Origin: a virus
Taxonomy: Duplodnaviria; Caudoviricetes
Length of the DNA: 64,000 bases
IMG/VR virus record: IMGVR_UViG_3300027754_000037
Direction: 5' to 3' (one strand)
Part shown: piece by piece, positions 37,881 to 47,308 of the stretch
Layout: each line of letters begins with the position of its first letter
Numbering within the stretch: the stretch's first letter is position 1
Made by a program: the position numbers and the translations under genes
Notes under the pieces: generated by a model
What the model was told of the DNA's origin: nothing
The model's input: only the letters and a program-made list of their open reading frames with translations
The model's database searches: none

Positions 37881-38771
37881 TTATGACTGTTGAACTATCT
37901 GCTGCTGTGACTGCATCTGTGGCATCTGTTGTTTGTTAGCGCCTGTTGCTTGAGGCTGCGACTGCATCTGTGGCACCCCAGAAACCTGTTGTTGGTTCAT
38001 TCCCGCTCCTTGAGGTGGTGTCCAAGTGACACCTTGAAGTCTTGGGAAGTGGTCAGCACCTAGGAAAAGCAAGCCGCCATTTTTTTTAGCAAATGGCACA
38101 ATCTGATCCTCTCTATTTTTTTCTGCTGCGTCTCCAAGTACGCTGAGTGTATTTCCCTTTTCTTCCCACATTTTATTTTCTGCTTGCAGAAGCCATTGTT
38201 TGAATTCAGCAGCTTTATCTCCTTTGAATTCCTGCTGCTCGAAATCTGGGAATACTTCTCGCACAACATCAAATATTTGTTTTATTTCTGCATCGCTTAG
38301 TTTTTTATTTACACCTTTATTTGCGAAAGTTCCAGCGCCGTTTGCTAGTGCGCTTCTGAGAGCATCGCCTATTGTATTTGAATTTTGGAAGTCGATCTTT
38401 GGTGAGTTCGTATCCCAATTAGCTTTAACGCTGGAGAAGACTGGTACACCGGCATGAAATCCGGGCATAGTGACATCGTCATCGTAGGAGCCGTTGTTTT
38501 TGGGGTTTTGGACACCCAGAACTTTTTCTAAATACGATTTTTCGGGACCGTTACCAAATTGTCCCTCTTCGCCTATGCCCTCATACCGATATCCATACTT
38601 CTCGCAGATATTTTTTGCATATTCTTTTGCGATGTTATCGGATGGTGGTGCAATTTTTGTGGTGCCGGGTTTATCTCCATGTGCTGATGGAATGATAATC
38701 GCATTGCCGACATAGGCGAAACCGTTTCCGGCTTGTTCGATCAAATATAGCCATTCTTTGAAATTCAGCAT
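37881..38771 (-). CDS. Hypothetical with CTS-like N-terminus and Q-rich tail
   Basis: MLNFKEWLYLIE; no SD; CATAGATA 4 nt upstream. Confidence 0.75.
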   Translation of the reverse strand: MLNFKEWLYLIEQAGNGFAYVGNAIIIPSAHGDKPGTTKIAPPSDNIAKEYAKNICEKYGYRYEGIGEEGQFGNGPEKSYLEKVLGVQNPKNNGSYDDDVTMPGFHAGVPVFSSVKANWDTNSPKIDFQNSNTIGDALRSALANGAGTFANKGVNKKLSDAEIKQIFDVVREVFPDFEQQEFKGDKAAEFKQWLLQAENKMWEEKGNTLSVLGDAAEKNREDQIVPFAKKNGGLLFLGADHFPRLQGVTWTPPQGAGMNQQQVSGVPQMQSQPQATGANKQQMPQMQSQQQIVQQS

Positions 38772-38775
38772 AAAT

Positions 38776-38783
38776 TATCTATG
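38776..38783 (-). promoter_or_regulatory. Late-like promoter CATAGATA 4 nt before ATG, inside a 12-bp hairpin
   Basis: Arms 38761..38772 and 38780..38791 are perfect inverted repeats. Confidence 0.65.
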
Positions 38784-38789
38784 CTGAAT

Positions 38790-39443
38790 TTATTTTTTTT
38801 TTCTGATTTCAGAGATGAGATTTTTGAGCAGGTTGGAGGCTTCGTTTATAAGTTGGCTTTTGCGCACATCGATATTGTTTTGGCTGTAGGGTTTTTTGTA
38901 GCCGAAAACAGCGCCTTGGATGCAATTATCGGGAACGAAGATGCCTGAGTAGCGGCATTGGTTAACGATGGGCATGATAGCTTCTTTGGGGCTGATATTG
39001 TCTTGTGTTTTGTAATCAGCCATAGCTAAGGGCAATTTACGGTTATTGTAGTCATTAGCTCCGTCATCGCCGTGTATGAAAAACGCTCCTACTTTGCCTT
39101 CGTAGTGATTTTTGAGCAGTTCCTTGTATTTTCCTGACTGTTCTAATTTGGTGGTTTTATTGGGGTCTTTGATATCTTTTCCCATGAGTTCTTTGGCATC
39201 TTCACGGGTAAGTGTGAGGTTGATGCAGACGAGGCGGTCAAATAGTGCTTTGACTTGGCTGGATGGTGCGGACCAATGTACTGGGGTAAATACGGCAAAG
39301 CCGTGTGCTTTTTCAAGTCTTTCGTAGACATTTTCTTGGTGCATGAGGTCATCTGTGCCATCATTTTTGTCATAGCAACTGCAAGGGTAGTGGCAATGGA
39401 AGCCGTTAGCAGAAGAACTACACAAAAGTTGCATTGTCGGCAA
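38790..39443 (-). pseudogene. NAD(P)H-dependent FMN reductase/flavodoxin-like, apparently N-terminally truncated
   Basis: CH.PCSCY, VFTPVHW.APSSQVKALFDRL present; N-terminal GSxR FMN-phosphate loop absent, in-frame stop about 11 codons upstream. Confidence 0.6.
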
Positions 39444-39454
39444 ACAGGCTTCAC

Positions 39455-39664
39455 ATGACAGATGTAGAAAATGTCAAGAACAAAAAGGCTATAGAAAGAA
39501 TTTTGAAGAGAACGGATAGTGGAAAAGCATTTCCGACTGACTTTAAGACTTTAGAAGATTTAGAAAAAAAAGATAGAGATATTGAAATGAAATTAGCGCA
39601 AGCCAAGAGAAATCATCAGGCAGCTTTGCAGAGGAGGCGTGGTGGTTGGGAGGTGGTTCAATGA
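39455..39664 (+). CDS. Small hypothetical protein or gene remnant
   Basis: Charged coiled-coil ORF, no clear SD. Confidence 0.45.
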   Translation: MTDVENVKNKKAIERILKRTDSGKAFPTDFKTLEDLEKKDRDIEMKLAQAKRNHQAALQRRRGGWEVVQ

Positions 39665-39744
39665 ATTTCAGGGAATACGCTATACAGGGTGTTGTTTCGG
39701 TGTTAAGTTAGTTCTGGGTGCAAATTTCATATAGTTATAAATTA

Positions 39745-39987
39745 ATGAATAAAGCTATGAAATACAAGCATGTGTTATATCCTGTGACCAGCCAAGGTAA
39801 GTTGAGGCAGCTTCTCAGATTTTATCAGTCTGATTTAGCATTTGGTAAAACTTCTAGAGACCCTAAAGAGGTAGCTGAGGTTTTGTTGTGGTTTGATAAT
39901 GAAAGTGCCAAATTCAAAAATTCAACTAAAAGGGTGTCGAGTCTTATTGCTGCTCTCTGGTCGCAGTATTGTCGGAGCAATGGTTAA
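39745..39987 (+). CDS. Hypothetical protein
   Basis: Track ORF 39718..39987; ATG candidates 39745 or 39757. Confidence 0.55.
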   Translation: MNKAMKYKHVLYPVTSQGKLRQLLRFYQSDLAFGKTSRDPKEVAEVLLWFDNESAKFKNSTKRVSSLIAALWSQYCRSNG

Positions 39988-41138
39988 TAGCCGCTTGACA
40001 GAAGACCTCGCACCCGCCAACCAGAAAGGTATCTCTTCACAACTATTTTGCCTAGGTCAGCGATAGCTTGGTTTACAACTTTCAAATACCTCTCCACAAG
40101 GACTTTCTTGCTGATATCTACAGATTTTTCTTTGTATAGCATATACATTGCCAGTACGGTATTGAAAGCTCCTATAGCCAGCAAAGTACCTCCCGACAAA
40201 GCTCCAGCAACTGCTGAGAAAGCAGCGCCAGCGACTCCGGCGTACTTCTCGATGCTTGTGAGGGCACTTGAGCTTTGAGGCTTATCTATAATCTCCTGAA
40301 TTTCTCCAGCAAGCAACCTAAACTTAGGATGTTCTTGGTCGATAAATCCTACTAACTCCTCTGTGCTCATATTGTTGATATTGCGCATGATGATTTGAGC
40401 TTCCCTCAAGTTGGCAGAGGGATTGCGTTGTTTGAGGAGCAAGTTTAAAAATTGTTCCAAGCCTTGAAGGGTGGGCTCACCGCTTGAAATTTGTTTCATT
40501 TGGCCTTGTTTCAAATCCATTTTTTTCTTGTCACCAAGGGCACGAAGATCATTCTTGATAGTATCCAAATCGCCGTCAAATTTCTTGGAAATTTTGTCGG
40601 TGCCAGTACGCTTTTCTGGTGTTGCCAACCAATTCTTATAAAAAATGGCAGCTTTATCGTACATTAAATTACGATAATCATTCAGATTGTAGGTCTCATC
40701 GAGTGCTTCTACGCTTTCAAATTTTCTGCCGAACCAGTTAGCAAGAATCCAATTCTTATAGCGAGCTCCCAAGGCTTTTTTATAGTTGTCTAGAGTTAAA
40801 GCAGCACGATAGTAAGCATCGCTTTCCTTATTTTTTTTGGAGTATGCACCGAGTGTTATGCTAATCATCTTGGCCAGCATGTCGTTAAGACCGCCGAGAA
40901 ACCTATTGGCGAGAAATTTCATGTCGGATTGTTTAAGTTTTGAATCAATTTTTGAAGGTGGAGGTGGTTCTGGCATGGGGACATCTTTAATTCCAGAGGC
41001 ATTTAGGGATGCTGCCTTATCATCGCCTTTGGCGTTAATGTCTTCTAATTGCAGTATTTGAATCTTTGACTCTCTTAGGTCAAAGTCATTGATGCTGAAG
41101 CATTCTTCGGTGTTGAGCCATTCTTTAAGATTAAGCAT
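39984..41138 (-). CDS. CTS-like protein with C-terminal Gly/Ala hydrophobic segment
   Basis: MLNLKEWLNTEE; TATAGATA 4 nt upstream; AGVAGAAFSAVAGALSGGTLLAIGAF. Confidence 0.75.
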   Translation of the reverse strand: MLNLKEWLNTEECFSINDFDLRESKIQILQLEDINAKGDDKAASLNASGIKDVPMPEPPPPSKIDSKLKQSDMKFLANRFLGGLNDMLAKMISITLGAYSKKNKESDAYYRAALTLDNYKKALGARYKNWILANWFGRKFESVEALDETYNLNDYRNLMYDKAAIFYKNWLATPEKRTGTDKISKKFDGDLDTIKNDLRALGDKKKMDLKQGQMKQISSGEPTLQGLEQFLNLLLKQRNPSANLREAQIIMRNINNMSTEELVGFIDQEHPKFRLLAGEIQEIIDKPQSSSALTSIEKYAGVAGAAFSAVAGALSGGTLLAIGAFNTVLAMYMLYKEKSVDISKKVLVERYLKVVNQAIADLGKIVVKRYLSGWRVRGLLSSGY

Positions 41139-41166
41139 AATGTATCTATATTTTTGGTCTCTGGTT

Positions 41167-41607
41167 TTAAGAGATTTGTTGGTCTGATGTTTTAGGTTTT
41201 CTGATCATGGTATCTTGGTCATCTCTCCGCAGGGAGTTGAAGCCGAATGATTTATAAAAGTTTTTCAATTTCCTTGAGGGAATTCTCTCATCAGTTTTTA
41301 GAGGAACTGCGTTGAGTTCCAGCCAAGTATTTGTCTCATCTGCCATCCTTGTGATTTTTTCCATGAATCTTTGGCCTGCGCCTGTTTTGGTTGGTACGGT
41401 GTGAATTTCTTCGATATGGATGCCACCGGGTTTCATTACCGATGAATTGATTTTGAACATTACAACGGTTTCGCCGTCTGTGTAGTAGTAATTGTGGCCA
41501 AAGGGATTCATTTGTGCATTTACGCTTGCAAAGAATCTACTGATAAATTGTTGGGAATTTGCGGGATTTACTGTTTCAACTGTTAGCCAATCTTTGAAAT
41601 TTAACAT
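41167..41607 (-). CDS. GNAT-fold acetyltransferase with CTS-like N-terminus
   Basis: IEEIHT..TKTGAGQRFM (motif A), LELNA, L.NFYKSFGF. Confidence 0.75.
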   Translation of the reverse strand: MLNFKDWLTVETVNPANSQQFISRFFASVNAQMNPFGHNYYYTDGETVVMFKINSSVMKPGGIHIEEIHTVPTKTGAGQRFMEKITRMADETNTWLELNAVPLKTDERIPSRKLKNFYKSFGFNSLRRDDQDTMIRKPKTSDQQIS

Positions 41608-41611
41608 AAAT

Positions 41612-41619
41612 TATTTATG
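41612..41619 (-). promoter_or_regulatory. Late-like promoter CATAAATA 4 nt before ATG, inside a 13-bp hairpin
   Basis: Arms 41598..41610 and 41614..41626, one G-U pair on the minus-strand RNA. Confidence 0.65.
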
Positions 41620-41704
41620 TCAAATTATGTTTTTTTTATTGGGCTCATTTGAAACGAGAAACAAAAGTAAAAAAAATTTTAAATCAATCATTCTTTGTTA
41701 AGTC

Positions 41705-42295
41705 ATGGACAGAATTCAGATTATCAACAAGATCATATCGACACTTAATTTTAAGAGATATCTTGAGATAGGAGTTGAGGATGGCGAGTGTTTAAGGAAT
41801 GTGGTGTGTGGGGAGAAGGTAGGTGTTGATCCAGAACCTATAGATGGCGTGATTGGATTGACGAGTGACGAGTTTTTTGCGAGTTATCGTGGTCTTGCAT
41901 TTGATTTAATTTTCATAGATGGATTGCATCATTCTGAGCAGGTCATAAGCGACATTGAAAATGCTTTCATGAATTTGTCTGAGCGTGGGGTGGTGATTTG
42001 TCATGATTGTTTGCCACCGAGTGAGTTGTTGCAGAGGAGGCCGAGGCCACAGAGGTTGTGGAATGGTGATGTATGGAAGGCTATTCATCACATTCGAGCG
42101 AATCGTGGTGATTTGCGGTTATTTACTTTGGATTGTGACTGGGGATGTACGGTCATAGAGCGTGGTGAATCTAAAAAGTATATTGGTCCTTGTGAGGAAG
42201 TGGATTGGGAATATTTCAAGAGTCATGGGCGTGAGTTTATGAATATTGTTCAGCCTGAATATTTAGATGAATTTTTAAATGGGAGATTGTCATGA
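41705..42295 (+). CDS. Class I SAM-dependent methyltransferase (Methyltransf_24-like)
   Basis: YLEIGV, GVDP, FDLIFIDGLH, HDCLP. Confidence 0.85.
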   Translation: MDRIQIINKIISTLNFKRYLEIGVEDGECLRNVVCGEKVGVDPEPIDGVIGLTSDEFFASYRGLAFDLIFIDGLHHSEQVISDIENAFMNLSERGVVICHDCLPPSELLQRRPRPQRLWNGDVWKAIHHIRANRGDLRLFTLDCDWGCTVIERGESKKYIGPCEEVDWEYFKSHGREFMNIVQPEYLDEFLNGRLS

Positions 42296-42753
42296 ATTTG
42301 AGACAGTTGTTGAGTCATTTGGCGGCTAATTTTTTGTTACCGGTATCGATTCGTTTGCCGGATGGCAGCATGGTTCCACCGCATTTTCACATCACGGAGG
42401 TGGGTGTAGTTGCGAAGAATTCCAAGGATTGTGGTGGCGAGAACATGAGTTCTGCCAAGGCTTACATGCAGATTTGGGTGGCGAATGATGTAGAGCACAG
42501 GCTTTTATGCAAGAAATTTTTTGATATTATTGGAAAGTGCGTCAATCAGATTATTGTTGACACGATGGAAGTTGATTTCGAGTATCAAAATGGGACTATC
42601 AACACATTCAAGCTTGATGGTTTGAGTGTTGAGAGTGATACTATTGTTTTGATTTTGGGTAATTACTATACAGCCTGCATGTCGCCTGACAAGTGCGGTA
42701 TTGAGGTGTTGATGGCATCGAAGTATTGTTCAGAGGGAAGTGGTTGTTGTTAA
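42292..42753 (+). CDS. DUF6428-like protein
   Basis: VPPHFHITEVG...DCGG...QIWVA.D..HRL, C-terminal Cys motif. Confidence 0.7.
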   Translation: MNLRQLLSHLAANFLLPVSIRLPDGSMVPPHFHITEVGVVAKNSKDCGGENMSSAKAYMQIWVANDVEHRLLCKKFFDIIGKCVNQIIVDTMEVDFEYQNGTINTFKLDGLSVESDTIVLILGNYYTACMSPDKCGIEVLMASKYCSEGSGCC

Positions 42754-42758
42754 AAAGA

Positions 42759-42791
42759 AAAAGAGACCAGAATTGCTTCTGATCTCTTTTT
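42759..42791. terminator. Bidirectional terminator-like hairpin
   Basis: AAAAGAGACCAGAA-TTGC-TTCTGATCTCTTTT (one mismatch). Confidence 0.7.
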
Positions 42792-42808
42792 AGATTTTGT
42801 GTTTAAAA

Positions 42809-43285
42809 TCAATAAGTGTTAAAGCTTTTACCGCCACCTGTTTTCAGAACGACATAAGCGAACTTACGGGGGTAGCCGGAATCGGTTCCATCATCGTCTC
42901 CTGTGTGGAGGATGAAGCCACCGAAGGTCACGCCTTGCTCCCATTTGTAGGTGGTTTCATCTCCTGAGTCATCGTCGGTAAAATCCGAATCGTCGAAGTT
43001 ATTGCCATTGCTGTCAATCTTTTCGATGTGAGGAGGATTGTCTCCACGACCATCAGAGTTGGTCCAGTCGGATTGGGTGACGAGTACGACCACATCATCG
43101 GGGTTCTCGTTGATACCGGGAATACGGACTTCGAGTTGCCAAACATCTTCGTAGTCCCAAACTTCTCCAGCAGCGAGAATAGCTGCGCCGTTTGCGGGTT
43201 GATAGATAGTTCTCTTGTTTCCGGGTCCTTTATTGAGGCCATCGGAGGAACCATTTCCTGTTCCAGTAACGCTAGTAGCTGACAT
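42809..43285 (-). CDS. Putative virion protein, xATxxxGTGxG family
   Basis: MSATSVTGTGNGS N-terminus; AGGAG SD. Confidence 0.6.
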   Translation of the reverse strand: MSATSVTGTGNGSSDGLNKGPGNKRTIYQPANGAAILAAGEVWDYEDVWQLEVRIPGINENPDDVVVLVTQSDWTNSDGRGDNPPHIEKIDSNGNNFDDSDFTDDDSGDETTYKWEQGVTFGGFILHTGDDDGTDSGYPRKFAYVVLKTGGGKSFNTY

Positions 43286-43311
43286 ATTTTTTTTCTCCTG
43301 TTAAAAAATGA

Positions 43312-43599
43312 TTAAGCAAGCTTGACGACGACATAATCTTCAGAGTTGTGTTCGGCGCTAACAACAGCTTTGCCGTTCACGACGACTTCTAAACTGCCAG
43401 AAGCACCGGCATCGACCTTACCAAGAACTTCGAGAGCGTTGACAACGGTATCAACATGCTTCTTTTTCATATCGGCAACTGTGACTTTGACGAGGTTGTC
43501 AGCGACAACAGCTTCGGTCATTTTGTTTTTAACGCCCATGACAACAAACTTGTCTTCCTTATGTGCGTTGAGAACTTCGAGAAGTGCATTCAGGTTCAT
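43312..43599 (-). CDS. Hypothetical protein, highly-expressed codon style
   Basis: GGGAG SD; V/K/A-rich, C-ending codons. Confidence 0.7.
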   Translation of the reverse strand: MNLNALLEVLNAHKEDKFVVMGVKNKMTEAVVADNLVKVTVADMKKKHVDTVVNALEVLGKVDAGASGSLEVVVNGKAVVSAEHNSEDYVVVKLA

Positions 43600-43755
43600 A
43601 ATAATCTCCCATAAAAAGATGAGTCGAAAGTATTTATGGTTTTGCTTTTAACAATGCGTTTTATACAGATGTTGTTTCGCAAAATTATTTTATTTTTACA
43701 TTTTTGCATTTATTGTCATGGCAAAAACTAAATATTTCTTGAAAGGGCAAAAAAA

Positions 43756-44028
43756 ATGAAGTCATTTGATGAATATCTGGTTGAGACTGCTGCAAAAAAG
43801 GGTGAGAAGAAGAAGTCTGACAAGAGCAGCAGCAATAAAATCATGGCTATGCAGGACATAGCGAACCATCTAAAGTCAATCTTGGCCGATTATGATATTT
43901 CGGTGCGAAGGTTTGTTTGGGATAGGTTGACGAGTGCCAAGGGGCATGAGTTGATGGAAAAGATTTTGCGTAATCCCAAGACTTATTTAAGCATGAGTGA
44001 GTTTACTCAACTGGTAACCAAGAAGTGA
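43756..44028 (+). CDS. Small protein with CTS-like N-terminus
   Basis: MKSFDEYLVE. Confidence 0.75.
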   Translation: MKSFDEYLVETAAKKGEKKKSDKSSSNKIMAMQDIANHLKSILADYDISVRRFVWDRLTSAKGHELMEKILRNPKTYLSMSEFTQLVTKK

Positions 44029-44038
44029 GGACATTGAA

Positions 44039-44349
44039 ATGAGAGCATTTTTAGTATTTGTTTTTGGGATATTATTGGTGGCAGAGGTTCAAGGTGGTCC
44101 TTTTGGCAGGCTTTTCAAGCGCAATCAACCACAGGTTAATCCTCCTGCCGAAAAGGTTGAGCCTAAGAAGGAGAATCCTAAAGTTGATTCCAAGAAAGAG
44201 CAGCCGAAGAAGGCAGAGCCAAAGTTGGAGGGTCGTCCTAAGAAGGAGGAGCCTAAGAAGGCAGAACCAAAGCCAAAGTTGGAGGGTCGTCCCAAGACCG
44301 AGGTTGCATCTCAGGCTATTCGCAAGGTTCCTGCGCCAAATTTCAGGGA

Positions 44350-44353
<4 letters not shown>
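44039..44353 (+). CDS. Exported Lys/Pro/Glu-rich protein
   Basis: Signal peptide; duplicated KKAEPK(PK)LEGRPK; GAGG SD. Confidence 0.65.
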
Positions 44354-44706
<353 letters not shown>

Positions 44707-44721
44707 AGACTTATAGAGTAG

Positions 44722-45060
44722 TTAGCATCGACATTTCCATACTCTTAGTGCCGCATTGATTTTACTCTTTGGGTCATTGGCTGTTTTGGCAGATGTATTG
44801 TGTTTTCGCATTCCGCACATGCGACTGCAAAATGATTTGCGGCGACTTTTCGTTTTGTCGGACATCTTGCTTACGCCACCTTTGCGTTCTGCCTCACGCT
44901 TGGTTTCAATACCAGCGTGGATGCCGAGTTTTTTAGCGTAGGCTGGTTTAAGCCCGCCTTCTGGGTGATTCTTTTTGGGGTTATAGCCTTTATATGGCTT
45001 CTTTCCTTCATGTAGGAAATCTTCATCTCGTTCTTGCAGCCATTCGGAAAAAGATTGCAT
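44722..45060 (-). CDS. DUF6321-like basic protein with CTS-like N-terminus
   Basis: MQSFSEWLQE; RRKSFCSRM.GM...DPKSKINAALRVWKC; CATAAATA at 45083..45090. Confidence 0.7.
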   Translation of the reverse strand: MQSFSEWLQERDEDFLHEGKKPYKGYNPKKNHPEGGLKPAYAKKLGIHAGIETKREAERKGGVSKMSDKTKSRRKSFCSRMCGMRKHNTSAKTANDPKSKINAALRVWKCRC

Positions 45061-45100
45061 AATTCACCTCAATTGATGAATTTATTTATGGTTCGTCCTG

Positions 45101-45108
45101 TATAAATA
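45101..45108 (+). promoter_or_regulatory. Exact T4 late promoter TATAAATA, 5 nt before ATG
   Basis: Exact match; no SD between it and ATG 45114. Confidence 0.65.
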
Positions 45109-45113
45109 TCATT

Positions 45114-45317
45114 ATGAAATTTGCAGACTGGTTATCAAGATTGAACGAGATGATGTCCTCTAAAGGCAAGGGTCATCCATTCAAACCCGGACCTAGGGAT
45201 GTAAAGCCAAAGCCACATGATTTAAAATTGTGTGGTCAGGGAGGAGGGCCGGGGCCTTGTGAGGGTGGTGGAGGTGGAGGTGGAGGTGCTATGCCTGCTG
45301 CGCCTCCTGCTGGTTAA
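45114..45317 (+). CDS. Small Gly/Pro-rich protein with CTS-like N-terminus
   Basis: MKFADWLSRLNE; poly-Gly. Confidence 0.65.
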   Translation: MKFADWLSRLNEMMSSKGKGHPFKPGPRDVKPKPHDLKLCGQGGGPGPCEGGGGGGGGAMPAAPPAG

Positions 45318-45679
45318 ATAATATCAACTTCAAGAGATCTGACTTCTACTGATGCATAGCATATATCACAATCTTGTGTGAAAGAAGAAGCGATCACGAC
45401 TGCATCGTGGACTAAATATTTATTATTATTTGTTTTAAAAATCATACAAATTTTATGATTCAATGGTTCATTTCTGGTTCTTGTGAATACAAACTTGCTG
45501 AGTTCTTCTGATTCATCACAATAAAAGCTAAATTCAACTTTTGCGGATCGAAAGGCGACATCGAGAGTTACATTTTTGACTGGAATATTTTCAACATGTG
45601 GAATCCAAGAATTGGAGTCCACGATTGTTAACAAAAAAATGTTTTCTGCGAATAATTCTTTTTGTATGATTGCATTCAT
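45314..45679 (-). CDS. Hypothetical protein
   Basis: 121-aa ORF. Confidence 0.6.
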   Translation of the reverse strand: MNAIIQKELFAENIFLLTIVDSNSWIPHVENIPVKNVTLDVAFRSAKVEFSFYCDESEELSKFVFTRTRNEPLNHKICMIFKTNNNKYLVHDAVVIASSFTQDCDICYASVEVRSLEVDII

Positions 45680-45696
45680 TTTTGAAAAATAATCTT

Positions 45697-46269
45697 TTAT
45701 TCAAAAAAAGTCAACATGCAATTTGGTATTTTTGGCCCTACTATTTTTAAGAATTCTTGAGCACCTTGATTGCTGAATACGATTTCGTGGCGATTGCGAC
45801 ATTGGTGTGTAGTACAATCGCAATCTAGGCTGTTGAAGTAATCTGCTATAATTTTCGTGCCTTCCTCGCCAAACTTATGTGTTCTGAGGTAAGCTTTTCT
45901 TACGCCTTTTCTTCCAGCGTCGATGAACCAAGTCATCCAAGCCTCATCGGTGAGTATTTCCAGAATTTCACGGGTAATTATTTTATCATTATCTTGGTAA
46001 AAAGTTTTGTAGACATCGTTAAAGACTGGGAAGGCGATGCTGTAGCATCGAAATGTGTTTTTGTCTTGTTTGATGGTATTTTGGTCAATTTTGAAGAAAT
46101 CTTGGAGGACTTGGACCTTGTATTGGAGCCAAGTGTGGTTGTTGTCACGCATGGCTAGGTAGCAATTCTTGCCACGGTCTGGTCGAATTATGGACGAACC
46201 GCCGAGAATGGTGCCATACAGGATTTGCCTCTGGCAGTCTTTGAGGCTTGGACCGCATTGATATGTCAT
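45697..46269 (-). CDS. Degenerate double-motif LAGLIDADG (I-SceI-like) protein
   Basis: QILYGTILGGSSI and WMTWFIDAG; GAGG SD; CATATATA at 46286..46293. Confidence 0.75.
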   Translation of the reverse strand: MTYQCGPSLKDCQRQILYGTILGGSSIIRPDRGKNCYLAMRDNNHTWLQYKVQVLQDFFKIDQNTIKQDKNTFRCYSIAFPVFNDVYKTFYQDNDKIITREILEILTDEAWMTWFIDAGRKGVRKAYLRTHKFGEEGTKIIADYFNSLDCDCTTHQCRNRHEIVFSNQGAQEFLKIVGPKIPNCMLTFFE

Positions 46270-46392
46270 TGTTTACCTCTTGATTTATATATGATTTTTC
46301 GCAAAATTTTGTCCGATATGTGGCAAATTGATTTGAATTGTTTGATTGATTTTAATAAATACCTGAGTTCTTTTCTTTAAAGGAGAAATAAA

Positions 46393-46941
46393 ATGGGAGC
46401 TACAACAACGCAAGGAACTGGACCCGGTTCTACATATAACATTAAGCCTTTGGTTTTCAACGGAATTGTTAAGACTGGCAACTTGGGGCCTATGGCTGTT
46501 CAAGACAATCTGTCTGGCGAGAGCAAGCTGTTGGCTTTGTCCAATGCAACTGTTACTTTGACCGAAGCTGATCATGCTGGCAAGATTTTGGTTCTGAATA
46601 TTGCTGATGGAGTGACTGTCACCCTGCCTGCCACTAGTGGCAATGGCGCAAAGTATACTTTTGTTGTAAAAACAACTGTCACCAGCAACAACTACATCAT
46701 CAAGGTTGCTAATACTACTGACAGCCTTGTTGGTCGTGCTTTGGCATGTGCTGACGGTGGCAACACCGTTAACGGCTGGGAAGTTACTGGTGGCGATGAC
46801 ACCATCACCCTGAATGGTGGCACTAAGGGTGGATATGCTGGAGACACTATTGAATTGATCGACATCGGTGGCAAGTTTGTTGTGAACGCTTTCTTGAATC
46901 AAACCGCCAGCGAAGCAACTCCTTTCAGCGCAACCGTCTAA
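46393..46941 (+). CDS. Putative virion decoration/fibre protein
   Basis: MGATTTQGTGPG; VTLTEADHAGKILV...VTVTLPA.SG.G..YTF pattern typical of capsid-decoration/fibre proteins. Confidence 0.7.
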   Translation: MGATTTQGTGPGSTYNIKPLVFNGIVKTGNLGPMAVQDNLSGESKLLALSNATVTLTEADHAGKILVLNIADGVTVTLPATSGNGAKYTFVVKTTVTSNNYIIKVANTTDSLVGRALACADGGNTVNGWEVTGGDDTITLNGGTKGGYAGDTIELIDIGGKFVVNAFLNQTASEATPFSATV

Positions 46942-46956
46942 ATTTAGGAATTTATC

Positions 46957-47307
46957 ATGGGAGCCACAACCACACAAGGAACTGGACCCGGAATGGCTCA
47001 CCCCAAACCGGGACTTCAAAACAAGAAGATTAATGAAGCTGCGCAAGTTAGTTTATCTTTGAATAATTTTTTTGGTCCTAGGGTTGTGGCTGCTGGAATT
47101 ATCAAATTGCAGGGCGAAACCGGTAAGGTTTGTTTTGCAGCGCAAGTTGGCAACATCAAGGATTACTGTGTGCTGTTGACGAACAACAGCCCCAGTAATC
47201 CTTTTCTTTCATATCCTCTATCTGAGGAATCCCAGTTTTGGTCATTTGAGGTGACGGCTGGCATCAACGATGTAGTTTCCTATGTTGTTTTGAGGTCAGG
47301 AAGCTGA
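46957..47307 (+). CDS. Protein sharing the N-terminus of 46393 gene
   Basis: Identical first 12 aa MGATTTQGTGPG. Confidence 0.7.
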   Translation: MGATTTQGTGPGMAHPKPGLQNKKINEAAQVSLSLNNFFGPRVVAAGIIKLQGETGKVCFAAQVGNIKDYCVLLTNNSPSNPFLSYPLSEESQFWSFEVTAGINDVVSYVVLRSGS

Positions 47308-47308
47308 C

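Noticed and set aside
39661-39987. TAG read-through or stop-codon recoding joining MNFREY... to the 39718 ORF
   Set aside because: In-frame by a 1-in-3 chance; TAG ends other genes normally (2757, 37763) and long core genes have no internal TAG
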